The notes: generated from the sequence alone by a model not told the origin. A DNA stretch of 64,000 nt from Spirochaetia bacterium (GCA_965208575.1 CBDBOV010000005.1:1152001-1216000); one strand, 5' to 3'. Positions 30,130 to 40,955 are shown, counted from the first letter of the stretch. Made by a program: numbers and translations.

Positions 30130-33100
30130 ATGATGAGCCGACACCACTCCCGGGGGACCGTAGACGCGGGAAAACGGCGATTGCCGCCTCTCGTGCGCGG
30201 CGCAACTAGTGCGCGCGCACCTGTTGCTCGCGCGATTGTTGCGCGCGCAGTTGCTGAACGTCGTGCGCACGGCGCACATGCCCCGGATTCGCCGGTCACA
30301 GCCTCGACCGGCACCCTCGCCAGGTCTGCGGCCACCACGTTCGAGGCCGCCCGGCGCGTGTGCGCAGCGCTGGTCGTCCTGGCCGCGTTCCTCGCTGCGG
30401 TTGCGCCAGCCGTTGCCGAGCCGGTCGAAGCCACCGGTGAGGCGGCTGTCTTGCGCGCCGTCGAACGGACCGATGAGATGCCGCGCCACCCTTCTGCCGT
30501 CGCCGAGGGACCCACACGTGTCGTCCTGTCGTGGCTGGCTCCCGCGGCTGCCGACGCAGCGGCGATTACCGGCTATGGCATCCAGTTTTCCGATGACGGC
30601 GGCGCCCACTGGGCCATGCTGCCCTCGGTTGACCGGCGCATCACCTCGTTCGTCCACACCGTGGGGCTGCGCCCGAATGCCTCGCTTCTCTATCGCGTCT
30701 TCTCCATCAGCGAGGAGGGGGCGGGTCCGGCAGCGGTCGTGAGCGCCGCCACGCCGGCCCTGGCGATGCCGCGGATTGTCGACGTGAAGGTCACCACCGA
30801 CGAAGGTACCACCCGCTGGTATCCGCCGCGGCGCAACATCGTCGTGACGGTGCGGTTCGACCAGGCGGTGTCCGTGCACACCGAGCTTGGCACTCCGCGG
30901 GTGATCCTCACGTTGGGGCGCCCGCCGCACCGCCAGTCGGGATACGCGAGTGATTACTCGGGCGGTTCGGGTACCGATCGGCTGACCTTCCGCTACCCGG
31001 CAGACTGGAGTCAGGACCTGCGCGACGTCGAGATCGGCCCCGACGCCCTGCACCGGAGCGGTGCCCGCATCACCAACGTCCACGCCAGCCACGGCGCGAG
31101 CCTGGCGCACGGCCCGGCGACGCTCCGGGAACTCGACCAAGTAGATCCTCGGTCCGACACTGTCCTGGTGATGGGCACGCACCCGCCGACTCCGGCTCCG
31201 GCGAGTCCCGATCCGGACCTGCGGATTGCCGAGATTGCGAGGTACGACTCGAGCGGCAGCTCGGGGGTCGCGGCCATGCTCACCGCCGCCGGCGCGCTGG
31301 TCGCCCGAACCGAGCTCTCGCGCCAGTTGGAGCTGGCCGCCCGAGACGAGACCGCGCGCCAAGTGGAGCTGGCCGACGGGCGAGGGGAGCTGGAGCGCAC
31401 CAGCGATTCGACTTCCGGTGCGGGCCGCGACAGTTCACTTGCAGAGGTGGCCGTGGGTCTTGGCAACGGCGTTGGACGCCGCGCCGCAGCCAACGCCCCC
31501 AGGGCGCTCAGGCTGAGTTCCTATGGCTTGACGCAAACGAGAGTCACCCTCTTCTGGTACGGCATCGGCCAAGGCGGGGATCCTGACGACTATCTGATCG
31601 AATACTCCGACGATGCGGGTACGACGTGGGTGAATCTGCTTGGCTACGATGACCAGGACAACGACGTCTACCGTCCTGCTTCCGAGGGCAGGCAGTACGA
31701 AGACACCGGCATCGCGCCCGGAACCAGCCGCTCCTATCGCGTCACGGCGCGCAACAGCGGCGGGGTCAGGACGTCGAACGAGTTGAGCATAACGACGAAG
31801 CAGATGGTGGCCGTTCCTGCATGTGCGGGCGCCGTCTGGTCCACGGAAATCAGCGTGGGAACGCACCAGAACGGCTCCGAGGGATTCACCAAGGATGCCG
31901 GCACGTCCTCGAACTTCGGCTCAGTCAACGACGCCGACTTCGCGTTCCGCGGAGCCACGCATGTCTTGGTGCAGGCGTACTTCATCAAGGACAGGCCGGG
32001 TTACAACGTTGGCTTCGCGCACGGTCCGGACGAAGAGGACGGCTGGGACGGGTTGACGTTCCACATCGGCGGCGTGGCGCTCCCGCTCGCCGATGCGTAC
32101 GCGGCCACCCGGCAACAGAGCACTGTCCACAGTCAGTATCGCGCGTACGCATGGAAGGGCAGTCAATACTCCGGCACGTTCGATTACGAACTCGATGACT
32201 GGGTCAAGGTGTGCCTGGTCGATGATCGCCCCCAAGTGACGCTGACTCTGACGCCGGACTCGATTTCCGAGGACGGCGCGAGCAGCACCGTCACCGCAAC
32301 CGTGCCAACTGCTTCGGATACGCCGTTCACGGTCACCGTATCGGCGGCGCCCGATTCGCCGGCCGTCGATGCCGACTTCTCCCTGAGCACCAACAGGATC
32401 CTGAGTTTCGCCGCCAACGCCACCGAGAGCACCGGCACCGTGACCATCACCGCCGTGAACAACAGCGTCGATACGCCCGACAAGACCCTCCAGGTCAAGG
32501 GCGAGCTGTCGAGCGGAACGGACCTGCGCGCCCCCGGCGATGTCGCCCTCACGATCACCGACGACGATGCTGCCCCGGAACTCACCCTGTCGGTGAGTCC
32601 GGCGACGATCGCCGAAGACGGCGGCGAGGCCACCGTCACGGTCAGCACCGCCGGCTCCACCTTTGCCGCGCAACAGGTCATCACGCTCACTCTCGCGGGG
32701 ACCGCGACGAAGGGAACTGACTACAGCGTAGCGGCGGAGACGCTGACACTGGCCATGGGTGAGCGCTCGGTTTCGACGACGATCACCGCCATCGATGACG
32801 CCGCCGACGAGAGCGACGAGGCGATCCTGGTCACGGCGGCCCATGACGGCGGCACGGTCGGCAGCGAGCAGCGGATCACCATCGCCGACACGTTGAGCGC
32901 TACCGTGAGCGGGCCCTCGGACGGTGTGAACGAAGGCGACGACGCGGAGTTCACGGTCACCCTCGCCGGCGGCACGAGCACCGCGGACGTGGAGGTGAAC
33001 TACTCGGTGGACGGGGACTCGACGGCGACGTCGGGCGCGGACTACACGGCGCCGAGCGGTAAGCTGACGATCACGGCGGGAGCGAGCAGCGGAACAATCA

Positions 33101-36100
33101 CGATCGAGACCAGGACGGACCAGGTGCTCGATCCGGGCGAGACGGTGGTGGTGGTGCTGAGTTCCGCTACGACAACCACGCGCACGGTGAACGTGGACGG
33201 CACGGCCAAGGTGTCGGCCACGATCGTGGAACAGGGCATGGAGACGGTGTCGGTGGGTCCGGTGCTGGTGGCGGACGACGACCAGACGCCGGAGGATGAG
33301 ACCGACGACAAGTCGAGCGTGGCGGAGGGCGAGACGGCGAGCTTCGTGGTGACGCTGAGCGGCGAGGTGTCGGGCACGGTGAACGTGACCTACACGACGG
33401 CGAACGGGACGGCGGAGGCCGGCGCCGGCAAGGACTACACGACGGCGAGCGGGACGCTGCAGTTCACGACGGGACAGACCGGCAAGACGGTCGAGGTGAC
33501 GACGCTGGAGGACACGCGCAACGAGGCGGACGAGACCTACACGTTGACGCTGACCGGCGTGACCGGGGTGAGCGGAGTGAGCCTGGGCACGGCGAGCGCC
33601 ACGGGAACGATCGAGGACGACGACCCACTGACGGCGGCGCTGGGCACGCACACGGCGAACGTGGCGGAAGGGTCCGATGCGACGTTCGAGGTGGACCTGA
33701 GCGGCGGCACGAGCACCGCAGCGGTGGAAGTGAGCTACGCGGTGGACGCGAGCTCGACGGCGGCGTCCGGCGCGGACTACACGGCACCGAGCGGCACGCT
33801 GACGATCGCGGCGGGAGACAGCAGCGGGACGATCACGATCGAGACGCTGACCGACCAGGTGCTCGATCCGGGCGAGACGCTGGTGGTGAAGCTGACCTCG
33901 GCGACGACCGGCACGCGCACGGTGACGGTGGACGCCACCGCGACGAAGACGACCACGATCGGCGACTCGGGCATGGAAACGGTGTCGGTGGGTCCGGTGC
34001 TGGTGGCGGACAACGACCAGACGCCGGAGGACGAGACCGACGACAGGTCGAGCGTGGAGGAGGGCGAGACGGCGAGCTTCGTGGTGACGTTGAGCGGCGC
34101 GGTGTCGGGCACGGTGAACGTGACCTACACGACGGCGAACGGGACGGCGGAGGCCGGGGCCGGCAAGGACTACACGACGGCGAGCGGGACGCTGCAGTTC
34201 ACGACGGGACAGACCGGCAAGACGGTCGAGGTGACGACGCTGGAGGACACGCGCAACGAGGCGGACGAGACCTACACGTTGACGCTGACGAACGTGACCG
34301 GGGTGAGCGGAGTGAGCCTGGGCACGGCGAGCGCCACGGGAACGATCGAGGACGACGACCCACTGACGGCGGCGCTGGGCACGCACACGGCGAACGTGGC
34401 GGAAGGGTCCGATGCGACGTTCGAGGTGGACCTGAGCGGCGGCACGAGCACCGCAGCGGTGGAAGTGAGCTACGCGGTGGACGCGAGCTCGACCGCGACG
34501 CCGGAGGACGACTACACGGCGCCAAGCGGCACGCTGACGATCGCGGCGGGAGACAGCAGCGGGACGATCACGATCGAGACGCTGACCGACCAGGTGCTCG
34601 ATCCCGGCGAGACGCTGGTGGTGAAGCTGACCTCGGCGACGACCGACACGCGCACGGTGACGGTGGACCAAACGGCGACGAAGACGACCACGATCGGCGA
34701 CTCGGGCATGGAAACGGTGTCGGTGGGGCCGGTGCTGGTGGAGGACAACGACCAGACGCCGGAGGACGAGACCGACGACCGGTCGAGCGTGGAGGAGGGC
34801 GAGACGGCGAGCTTCGTGGTGACGCTGAGCGGCGAAGTATCGGGCACGGTGATCGTGACCTACACGACGGCGGACGGCACGGCGGAGGCCGGCGCCGGCA
34901 AGGACTATACGACGGCAAGCGGGACGCTGCAGTTCACGACGGGACAGACCAGCAAGACGGTCGAGGTGACGACGCTGGAGGACACGCGCAACGAGGCGGA
35001 CGAGACCTACACGTTGACGCTGACGAACGTGACCGGGGTGAGCGGAGTGAGCCTGGGCACGGCGAGCGCCACGGGAACGATCGAGGATGACGACCCACTG
35101 ACGGCGGCGCTGGGCACGCACACGGCGAACGTGGCGGAAGGGTCCGATGCGACGTTCGAGGTGGACCTGAGCGGCGGCACGAGCACCGCAGCGGTGGAAG
35201 TGAGCTACGCGGTGGACGCGAGCTCGACCGCGACGCCGGAGGACGACTACACGGCGCCGAGCGGCACGCTGACGATCGCGGCGGGAGACAGCAGCGGGAC
35301 GATCACAATCGAGACGCTGACCGACCAGGTGCTCGATCCAGGCGAGACGCTGGTGCTGAAGCTGACCTCGGCGACGACCGACGCGCGCACGGTGACGGTG
35401 GACGCCACCGCGACGAAGACCACCACGATCGGCGACTCGGGCATGGAAACGGTGTCGGTGGGGCCGGTGCTGGTGGAGGACAACGACCAGACGCCGGAGG
35501 ACGAGACCGACGACCGGTCGAGCGTGGAGGAGGGCGAGACGGCGAGCTTCGTGGTGACGCTGAGCGGCGAGGTGTCGGGCACGGTGAACGTGACCTACAC
35601 GACGGCGGACGGGACGGCGGAGGCCGGGGCCGGCAAGGACTACACGACGGCGAGCGGGACGCTGCAGTTCACGACGGGCGAGACCGGCAAGACGGTAGAG
35701 GTGACGACGCTGGAGGACACGCTGAACGAGGCGGACGAGACCTACACGTTGACGCTGACGAACGTGACCGGGGTGAGCGGAGTGAGCCTGGGCACGGCGA
35801 GCGCCACGGGAACGATCGAGGATGACGACGCGTTGACGGCGGCACTGGGCACGCACACGGAGGAGCCCACCGAAGGCGCTGCCGCGACTTTCGCGGTCGA
35901 TCTGAGCGGCGGCACAAGCACGGCGGAGGTGGAGGTGAACTACGCGGTGGACGAGGACTCGACGGCCACCTCCGGGACCGACTACACGGCGCCGAGCGGG
36001 ATACTGACGATCACGGCCGGAGCGAGCAGCGGCACGATCACCATCGAGACCAGGACGGACGCGGTGGTGGATCCCGGCGAGACGGTGGTGCTGAAGCTGA

Positions 36101-39100
36101 CCTCGGCGACGACGGCGGCGCGCCCGGTGACGGTGGACGACTCGGTCGAGAAGACGGCCACGATCAAGGACTCCAATTCGGTGACCGTGTCACTGAAGGG
36201 ATTCACGCCCCCAAAGCAGAACTCCCTGACGCCGAATTTGGACGGGGTGGAGAACGCGCAGGGCCGCGCTCTGGTGCGATCGGGTGGACTGCGCAAGTCG
36301 TCGGAGTCGGAGCAAGAACAGTCCACGACCTCGGTCGAGGAAGGCGAGACGGCGCGGTTCATCGTCGAGCTGTCCGGCCTGGTGGCAAGCATGGTGACCG
36401 TCACCTATGGGACGACCGACGGGACCGCGGATTCCACCGGATCCGACCCGGACTACACGGCGGCGAACGGAACGCTGAAATTCGGCGCGGGCGATACCAT
36501 CAAGACGATCGAGGTCGCGACCCTGGAGGACCTCCTGAACGAGCCGGACGAGACGTTCACGGTGACGCTGACCGGATTGACCGGGCCCGACGGAGTGAAC
36601 ATGGGAACGGCCACCGGCACGGGAACGATCGAGGACGATGACCCGCTGACGGCGGCGCTGGGAACGCACACCGAGAACGTGGCGGAGGGCAGTGCCGCGA
36701 CCTTCGAGGTGGATCTGAGCGGAGGCACGAGCACCGCGGACGTGGAGGTGCGCTACGCGGTGCACGGCGACTCGACGGCGACCTCCGGGACCGACTACAC
36801 GGCGCCAAGCGGAACGCTGACGATCGCGGCGGGAGAGAGCAGCGGAGCGATCACCATCGAGACCAAGCCGGACGAGGTGCTCGACCCAGGCGAGACGGTA
36901 GTGGTGGTGCTGAGTTCCGCGACCACGGCGGCGCGCACGGTAACGGTGGATGGCACGGTCAAGAAGACGGCCACGATCGCGGAGCAGGGCACGGCGACGG
37001 TGTCGGTGGACGCCGTGCTGGTGGAAGACGACGACCAGACGCCGCACGTGGACGAGTCGGACGACAAGTCACGGGTGGCAGAGAGCGAGACGGCGAGCTT
37101 CGTGGTGACGTTGAGCCGCACGGTGTCGGGCACCGTGAGCGTGGACTACACGACGGCGGACGGAACGGCGGAATCCGGGACCGGCAAGGACTACACCACC
37201 GCGAGTGCAACGCTGCAGTTCTCTACCGGTGACCTCAGCAAGACGATCGAGGTGACGACCCTCGATGACAGTCTGAACGAGCCGGACGAGACGTTCACGG
37301 TGACGCTGTCGGGGTTGAGCGCACCGACCGGAGTGAGCCTGGGAAAGACGACCGCGACCGGAACGATCGAGGATGACGACCAGTTGACGGCGGCGCTCGG
37401 AACGCACACCGAGCACGTCGCGGAGGGCGATGCCGCGACCTTCGAGGTGGACCTGACCGGAGGTACGAGCACCGCGGACGTGGAGGTGAACTACGCGGTG
37501 GACACGAGCTCGACGGCGATCCTCGGGACCGACTACACGGCGCCGAGCTGGAAGCTGACGATCGCGGCGGGAGAGAGCAGCGGAACGATCACCATCACTA
37601 CCAGGCGGGACCATGTGGTGGAGCCCGACGAGACGGTGGTGCTCAAGCTGACCTCCGCGACGACGGCGGCGCGCCCGGTGACGGTGGACGACACGGCCAA
37701 GAAGACGGCCACGGTTACCGACGCGACAGCCAACGTGCGCCCGGGTTCCGGGACCACCGCCGCCGCCCCGCCGGCCGCCGCGCCGGACGCGCCGCCCGGC
37801 GTGACGGTGTCCCCGGTCGCGCTCGAGCTCAGGAAGGGCGGCAGCAGCAAGTCCTACACCCTGAGCCTGCAGAGCGAGCCGGAAGGTGAGGTGACCATCG
37901 ACATCGACGGTCCGGGCGCCGGCGTTCAGGTGTCGCGCACCCGGGTGATCTTCACGCCGCAGACCTGGAGCTCGCCACAGACGGTGGCGGTCAGTGCGAC
38001 GGAAAATGCCCGCGAGGGTACGACGGTCAGTATCACCCACACGGTGAGCGGCGCCAACTACGATGGCTTGCCGGCAAGCCCGGTGACGGTCACCATCCAG
38101 GAGGAGGCGGGCGTGACCCTCGGCCTGGAGCCCCGGAGCAACACCGGTACCCAGGGCGGCGGCGCGACGGCGGCCGACAAGACGCGCATCGAGGGCGAGA
38201 CTGCGAGATTCTTCGTGCAGCGCACCACCACCTCGGCCCCGGAGCTGGCCATCGGCGTCACGGTGACTCAGGAGGGCGACTACCTCGCGGGCCCCGTGCC
38301 GGCCATGGTCAGGTTGATGCCCGGGGAGAACAGGAAGTACATCGACATCCACCTGGAAGACGACGCAATCCCCGAGCCTGACGGCTCGATCAGCGTGACG
38401 ATCGCCTGCGACTGCACCGTGGTTGACGGCACCATGAAGGTGAATGTATTGAACAACGACGCGGAGTTCGCCGTCGCCGACGCCGAGGCCGTGGAGAGCG
38501 CGGGCCAGATCTCGTTCACGGTGCGCAAGGCAAGCGCGCTCGGCGTGGCGATGGAGCTGCTGTACGAGACCGTTGACGGCACCGCCGCGGCCGGCAAGGA
38601 CTATGAACAGCCGGCCGAGGGTGCCAGGGTGACGATCCTGCCGCACCAGGAGCGGGTTACCCTGACCATTCCGGTCACCGACGACGCCCTGGTGGAGGAC
38701 GACGAGTCGTTCCGGCTGCGGGTGTATCACCCGCGCGATGCAGATGTCGACGACACCGCTACCGGTACCATCGTGGATGACGACTCGGCGGTGGCGAAGG
38801 CGTGGCTGTCGCGCTTCGGACGCACCGTGGCAAGCCACGTGGTGGAGGCGGTGGACGCCCGGCTCACCGGCGAGCTGGGGCCGGTGACGCAGGTAACGCT
38901 CGGCGGCACGATGCTGCCTTCCGACCCGCCGCCGGTGCAGCCTGTGCAGCCTCTGCAACCGGATGCGGTGGCGGCGATGCCGCACACCAGCATGGACGCC
39001 GGGGCATTTCTGGCCGGCAGCTCGTTCCAGGTGCTGGCTGCCGGCGCCGGCCTCGACGGGGCAGTGGGAACCGGGCTGACCATGTGGGGTCGCGGCGCGG

Positions 39101-40170
39101 CCACCGGCCTGCAGGGCGAGGACGAGACGGTCTCCCTGACGGACGGCCAGGTCGGCACCGGCACCGTCGGCGTGGACTACGACTGGGGCGGCATCCTGGC
39201 CGGCCTGGCGGTAGCCTACAGCGGCGGTGGCGCGGACTATCGACTCACCGGCGGCGCTGCCCGGTCCGACCGCGCGGCGAGCTGGCTGATCAGCGCGCAC
39301 CCGTACGCCCGCGCGCAGATTGTTGGCGACCGGCTGACCGCGTGGGGCCTGCTCGGCTACGGACTCGGCCGGATGACCCTGGCCGAGGACGCGCAGGACG
39401 AGGACAGCGGCATCTCGTTGATCATGGGCGCCATGGGGCTGCGCGGCGTGCTGTCGCCGGAGACCAACCGGCTCGGCCTGTCGGTGAAGTCGGATGCGTT
39501 CATGACCAGCCTGACGGCAGGCGAAGACGCGGCGGTACAGACCGGCGCGCATCGCGCCCGGCTGTTGGCGGAAGGCACCTACCGGATCGACGTCGGCGCG
39601 GGCGGCTTGCTGGTGCCCAGGCTGGTGACCGGCGTGCGCTACGACTTCGGCGACGTGGAGACCGGCTTCGGCGCCGAGATGGGCGGCGGCGTGACCTACA
39701 CCTATCCGGACTGGGGGCTGACCGCGGCGGCCAATGTGCGCGTGCTGCTGACCCACGAGGACAGCGGCTTCGAGGAGTGGGGCGGCGGCGGGTCGCTGCG
39801 CGTTACGCCGGGAGCAGCCGGACGCGGCCCGACGGTGGCGGTCAACACTTCGCTGGGCGTGCCCGCGAGCGGAGCGCAGCGCCTGTGGACGAGCGGGGTG
39901 GTGTTGCGCCCGGCGCCGTCGGCGGCAACCGCGCCGGGAGCGAACATCGACGCCGAGATGGGCTACGGGCTGGCCGTGGCCGACGGCGGCGGGATGCTTA
40001 CCCCCTACGTCGGCATGGCGGTGTCGGAGAAGGGAGCCCGCGCGTTCCGTCTCGGCAGCCGCCTCAGCATCGGCCCCTCATTCAGCCTGAGCGTGCAGGG
40101 CGAACGGCGCGAGGCGACTGCCGGCGACGCAACGCACGGCGTGTCGGTGAGCGGCGCCCTGGGCTGGTAG
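30130..40170 (+). CDS. Giant surface adhesin: FN3 and Ig-like domains, ~17-18 Calx-beta-type modules, C-terminal autotransporter-like beta-barrel
   Basis: Two FN3 domains (LSW..P...ITGYGIQFS...W...YRV). Repeated V.EGETA.F.V.LS...TV.VTY.T.DGTA...DY...E.DET...ATGTIEDDD modules. Barrel region from AWLSRFGRTVASHVV, ending in W. Signal-like hydrophobic stretch at aa ~78-97, so the true start is uncertain. Confidence 0.9.
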   Translation: MMSRHHSRGTVDAGKRRLPPLVRGATSARAPVARAIVARAVAERRAHGAHAPDSPVTASTGTLARSAATTFEAARRVCAALVVLAAFLAAVAPAVAEPVEATGEAAVLRAVERTDEMPRHPSAVAEGPTRVVLSWLAPAAADAAAITGYGIQFSDDGGAHWAMLPSVDRRITSFVHTVGLRPNASLLYRVFSISEEGAGPAAVVSAATPALAMPRIVDVKVTTDEGTTRWYPPRRNIVVTVRFDQAVSVHTELGTPRVILTLGRPPHRQSGYASDYSGGSGTDRLTFRYPADWSQDLRDVEIGPDALHRSGARITNVHASHGASLAHGPATLRELDQVDPRSDTVLVMGTHPPTPAPASPDPDLRIAEIARYDSSGSSGVAAMLTAAGALVARTELSRQLELAARDETARQVELADGRGELERTSDSTSGAGRDSSLAEVAVGLGNGVGRRAAANAPRALRLSSYGLTQTRVTLFWYGIGQGGDPDDYLIEYSDDAGTTWVNLLGYDDQDNDVYRPASEGRQYEDTGIAPGTSRSYRVTARNSGGVRTSNELSITTKQMVAVPACAGAVWSTEISVGTHQNGSEGFTKDAGTSSNFGSVNDADFAFRGATHVLVQAYFIKDRPGYNVGFAHGPDEEDGWDGLTFHIGGVALPLADAYAATRQQSTVHSQYRAYAWKGSQYSGTFDYELDDWVKVCLVDDRPQVTLTLTPDSISEDGASSTVTATVPTASDTPFTVTVSAAPDSPAVDADFSLSTNRILSFAANATESTGTVTITAVNNSVDTPDKTLQVKGELSSGTDLRAPGDVALTITDDDAAPELTLSVSPATIAEDGGEATVTVSTAGSTFAAQQVITLTLAGTATKGTDYSVAAETLTLAMGERSVSTTITAIDDAADESDEAILVTAAHDGGTVGSEQRITIADTLSATVSGPSDGVNEGDDAEFTVTLAGGTSTADVEVNYSVDGDSTATSGADYTAPSGKLTITAGASSGTITIETRTDQVLDPGETVVVVLSSATTTTRTVNVDGTAKVSATIVEQGMETVSVGPVLVADDDQTPEDETDDKSSVAEGETASFVVTLSGEVSGTVNVTYTTANGTAEAGAGKDYTTASGTLQFTTGQTGKTVEVTTLEDTRNEADETYTLTLTGVTGVSGVSLGTASATGTIEDDDPLTAALGTHTANVAEGSDATFEVDLSGGTSTAAVEVSYAVDASSTAASGADYTAPSGTLTIAAGDSSGTITIETLTDQVLDPGETLVVKLTSATTGTRTVTVDATATKTTTIGDSGMETVSVGPVLVADNDQTPEDETDDRSSVEEGETASFVVTLSGAVSGTVNVTYTTANGTAEAGAGKDYTTASGTLQFTTGQTGKTVEVTTLEDTRNEADETYTLTLTNVTGVSGVSLGTASATGTIEDDDPLTAALGTHTANVAEGSDATFEVDLSGGTSTAAVEVSYAVDASSTATPEDDYTAPSGTLTIAAGDSSGTITIETLTDQVLDPGETLVVKLTSATTDTRTVTVDQTATKTTTIGDSGMETVSVGPVLVEDNDQTPEDETDDRSSVEEGETASFVVTLSGEVSGTVIVTYTTADGTAEAGAGKDYTTASGTLQFTTGQTSKTVEVTTLEDTRNEADETYTLTLTNVTGVSGVSLGTASATGTIEDDDPLTAALGTHTANVAEGSDATFEVDLSGGTSTAAVEVSYAVDASSTATPEDDYTAPSGTLTIAAGDSSGTITIETLTDQVLDPGETLVLKLTSATTDARTVTVDATATKTTTIGDSGMETVSVGPVLVEDNDQTPEDETDDRSSVEEGETASFVVTLSGEVSGTVNVTYTTADGTAEAGAGKDYTTASGTLQFTTGETGKTVEVTTLEDTLNEADETYTLTLTNVTGVSGVSLGTASATGTIEDDDALTAALGTHTEEPTEGAAATFAVDLSGGTSTAEVEVNYAVDEDSTATSGTDYTAPSGILTITAGASSGTITIETRTDAVVDPGETVVLKLTSATTAARPVTVDDSVEKTATIKDSNSVTVSLKGFTPPKQNSLTPNLDGVENAQGRALVRSGGLRKSSESEQEQSTTSVEEGETARFIVELSGLVASMVTVTYGTTDGTADSTGSDPDYTAANGTLKFGAGDTIKTIEVATLEDLLNEPDETFTVTLTGLTGPDGVNMGTATGTGTIEDDDPLTAALGTHTENVAEGSAATFEVDLSGGTSTADVEVRYAVHGDSTATSGTDYTAPSGTLTIAAGESSGAITIETKPDEVLDPGETVVVVLSSATTAARTVTVDGTVKKTATIAEQGTATVSVDAVLVEDDDQTPHVDESDDKSRVAESETASFVVTLSRTVSGTVSVDYTTADGTAESGTGKDYTTASATLQFSTGDLSKTIEVTTLDDSLNEPDETFTVTLSGLSAPTGVSLGKTTATGTIEDDDQLTAALGTHTEHVAEGDAATFEVDLTGGTSTADVEVNYAVDTSSTAILGTDYTAPSWKLTIAAGESSGTITITTRRDHVVEPDETVVLKLTSATTAARPVTVDDTAKKTATVTDATANVRPGSGTTAAAPPAAAPDAPPGVTVSPVALELRKGGSSKSYTLSLQSEPEGEVTIDIDGPGAGVQVSRTRVIFTPQTWSSPQTVAVSATENAREGTTVSITHTVSGANYDGLPASPVTVTIQEEAGVTLGLEPRSNTGTQGGGATAADKTRIEGETARFFVQRTTTSAPELAIGVTVTQEGDYLAGPVPAMVRLMPGENRKYIDIHLEDDAIPEPDGSISVTIACDCTVVDGTMKVNVLNNDAEFAVADAEAVESAGQISFTVRKASALGVAMELLYETVDGTAAAGKDYEQPAEGARVTILPHQERVTLTIPVTDDALVEDDESFRLRVYHPRDADVDDTATGTIVDDDSAVAKAWLSRFGRTVASHVVEAVDARLTGELGPVTQVTLGGTMLPSDPPPVQPVQPLQPDAVAAMPHTSMDAGAFLAGSSFQVLAAGAGLDGAVGTGLTMWGRGAATGLQGEDETVSLTDGQVGTGTVGVDYDWGGILAGLAVAYSGGGADYRLTGGAARSDRAASWLISAHPYARAQIVGDRLTAWGLLGYGLGRMTLAEDAQDEDSGISLIMGAMGLRGVLSPETNRLGLSVKSDAFMTSLTAGEDAAVQTGAHRARLLAEGTYRIDVGAGGLLVPRLVTGVRYDFGDVETGFGAEMGGGVTYTYPDWGLTAAANVRVLLTHEDSGFEEWGGGGSLRVTPGAAGRGPTVAVNTSLGVPASGAQRLWTSGVVLRPAPSAATAPGANIDAEMGYGLAVADGGGMLTPYVGMAVSEKGARAFRLGSRLSIGPSFSLSVQGERREATAGDATHGVSVSGALGW
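33235..35870 (+). repeat. Near-identical 735-bp tandem repeat (~3.6 copies), each encoding two Calx-beta domains
   Basis: GGCATGGARACGGTGTCGGTGGG recurs at ~33235, 33970, 34705 and 35440; more diverged copies flank it out to ~32900 and ~37720. Confidence 0.93.
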
Positions 40171-40188
40171 GGCGCCGCTGCCGGCGAC

Positions 40189-40806
40189 TCAGTCGCCGTA
40201 GCGGGCGCGCAGCGGCGGCGACAGCCGCAGCATCCACTGCATGCGTTCCAGGTGGTCGAGCCACTGCTCCACCTCGGCGCCGACTTCCGCCTCCGGCGGC
40301 GGCACCAGGCCGACATCGCAGGCCGCGCCGAGTTCGCGCTGCGCCTTGCGGCGGTAGGTCACCAGCATGCGGTCGCCGGTGCGGCCTACCTCGAAGAAGT
40401 CCTCCGACAGGCACACCGTCACCGGCACCCGCAGCGCTCCCAGGATGCGCAGTTCGTCGGCCAGCTCGCTGTCGTCGACCCGCTCCGCGAACCGGAGGTC
40501 GACCACCCGTGCGCCGGCAGCCTCGTTCGCGGCGTCGGCCAGGTGGCGCAGAATCGGGCCCTGGCGCACGCAGTCGCCGCACCAGATGCCGCTGTAGCAC
40601 AACAGGTTGGTGCGCCGAGTGAACTGGCCGAGGCGCTGCCGCTGCGCACCGTCCACCTGCACGCGAGCGTCCATGGTCCGCCACCGCTTGCGATGGTTGT
40701 CCGGGCCGGAAGCGAGATACTCGTCGTAGGGCAGCGCGCTCTCGAAGCTGGTGCGCCAGAACGCCTGGCGTATGTCGCGGTACTTGCCGTCGTTGGAATC
40801 TGCCAT
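40189..40806 (-). CDS. Thioredoxin-fold protein (WCGDC)
   Basis: SGIWCGDCVRQGP active-site motif and RVPV cis-Pro loop. Confidence 0.85.
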   Translation of the reverse strand: MADSNDGKYRDIRQAFWRTSFESALPYDEYLASGPDNHRKRWRTMDARVQVDGAQRQRLGQFTRRTNLLCYSGIWCGDCVRQGPILRHLADAANEAAGARVVDLRFAERVDDSELADELRILGALRVPVTVCLSEDFFEVGRTGDRMLVTYRRKAQRELGAACDVGLVPPPEAEVGAEVEQWLDHLERMQWMLRLSPPLRARYGD

Positions 40807-40955
40807 GCCCGCCATCATAGCGCACAACGCTCCGCGCTTGGGACGAGCCGCGCGGCGTCCCGCGGGCCGCGCGTCCGCCTATGCGTGCGGCTGTCGCGCA
40901 GCGCCGTGCGTCGCCCATCGCGCGCCGTCCCGGTGTGGTTTCGTTGGCGGGTCGG

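Noticed and set aside
33235-37720. Diversity-generating retroelement template/variable repeats
   Set aside because: No reverse transcriptase in the window; repeats are in-frame tandem domains and the differences do not look adenine-specific.
31921-39756. Long repetitive antisense ORFs in the adhesin
   Set aside because: They mirror the 735-bp coding repeat and reflect stop-codon scarcity in the reverse frame.
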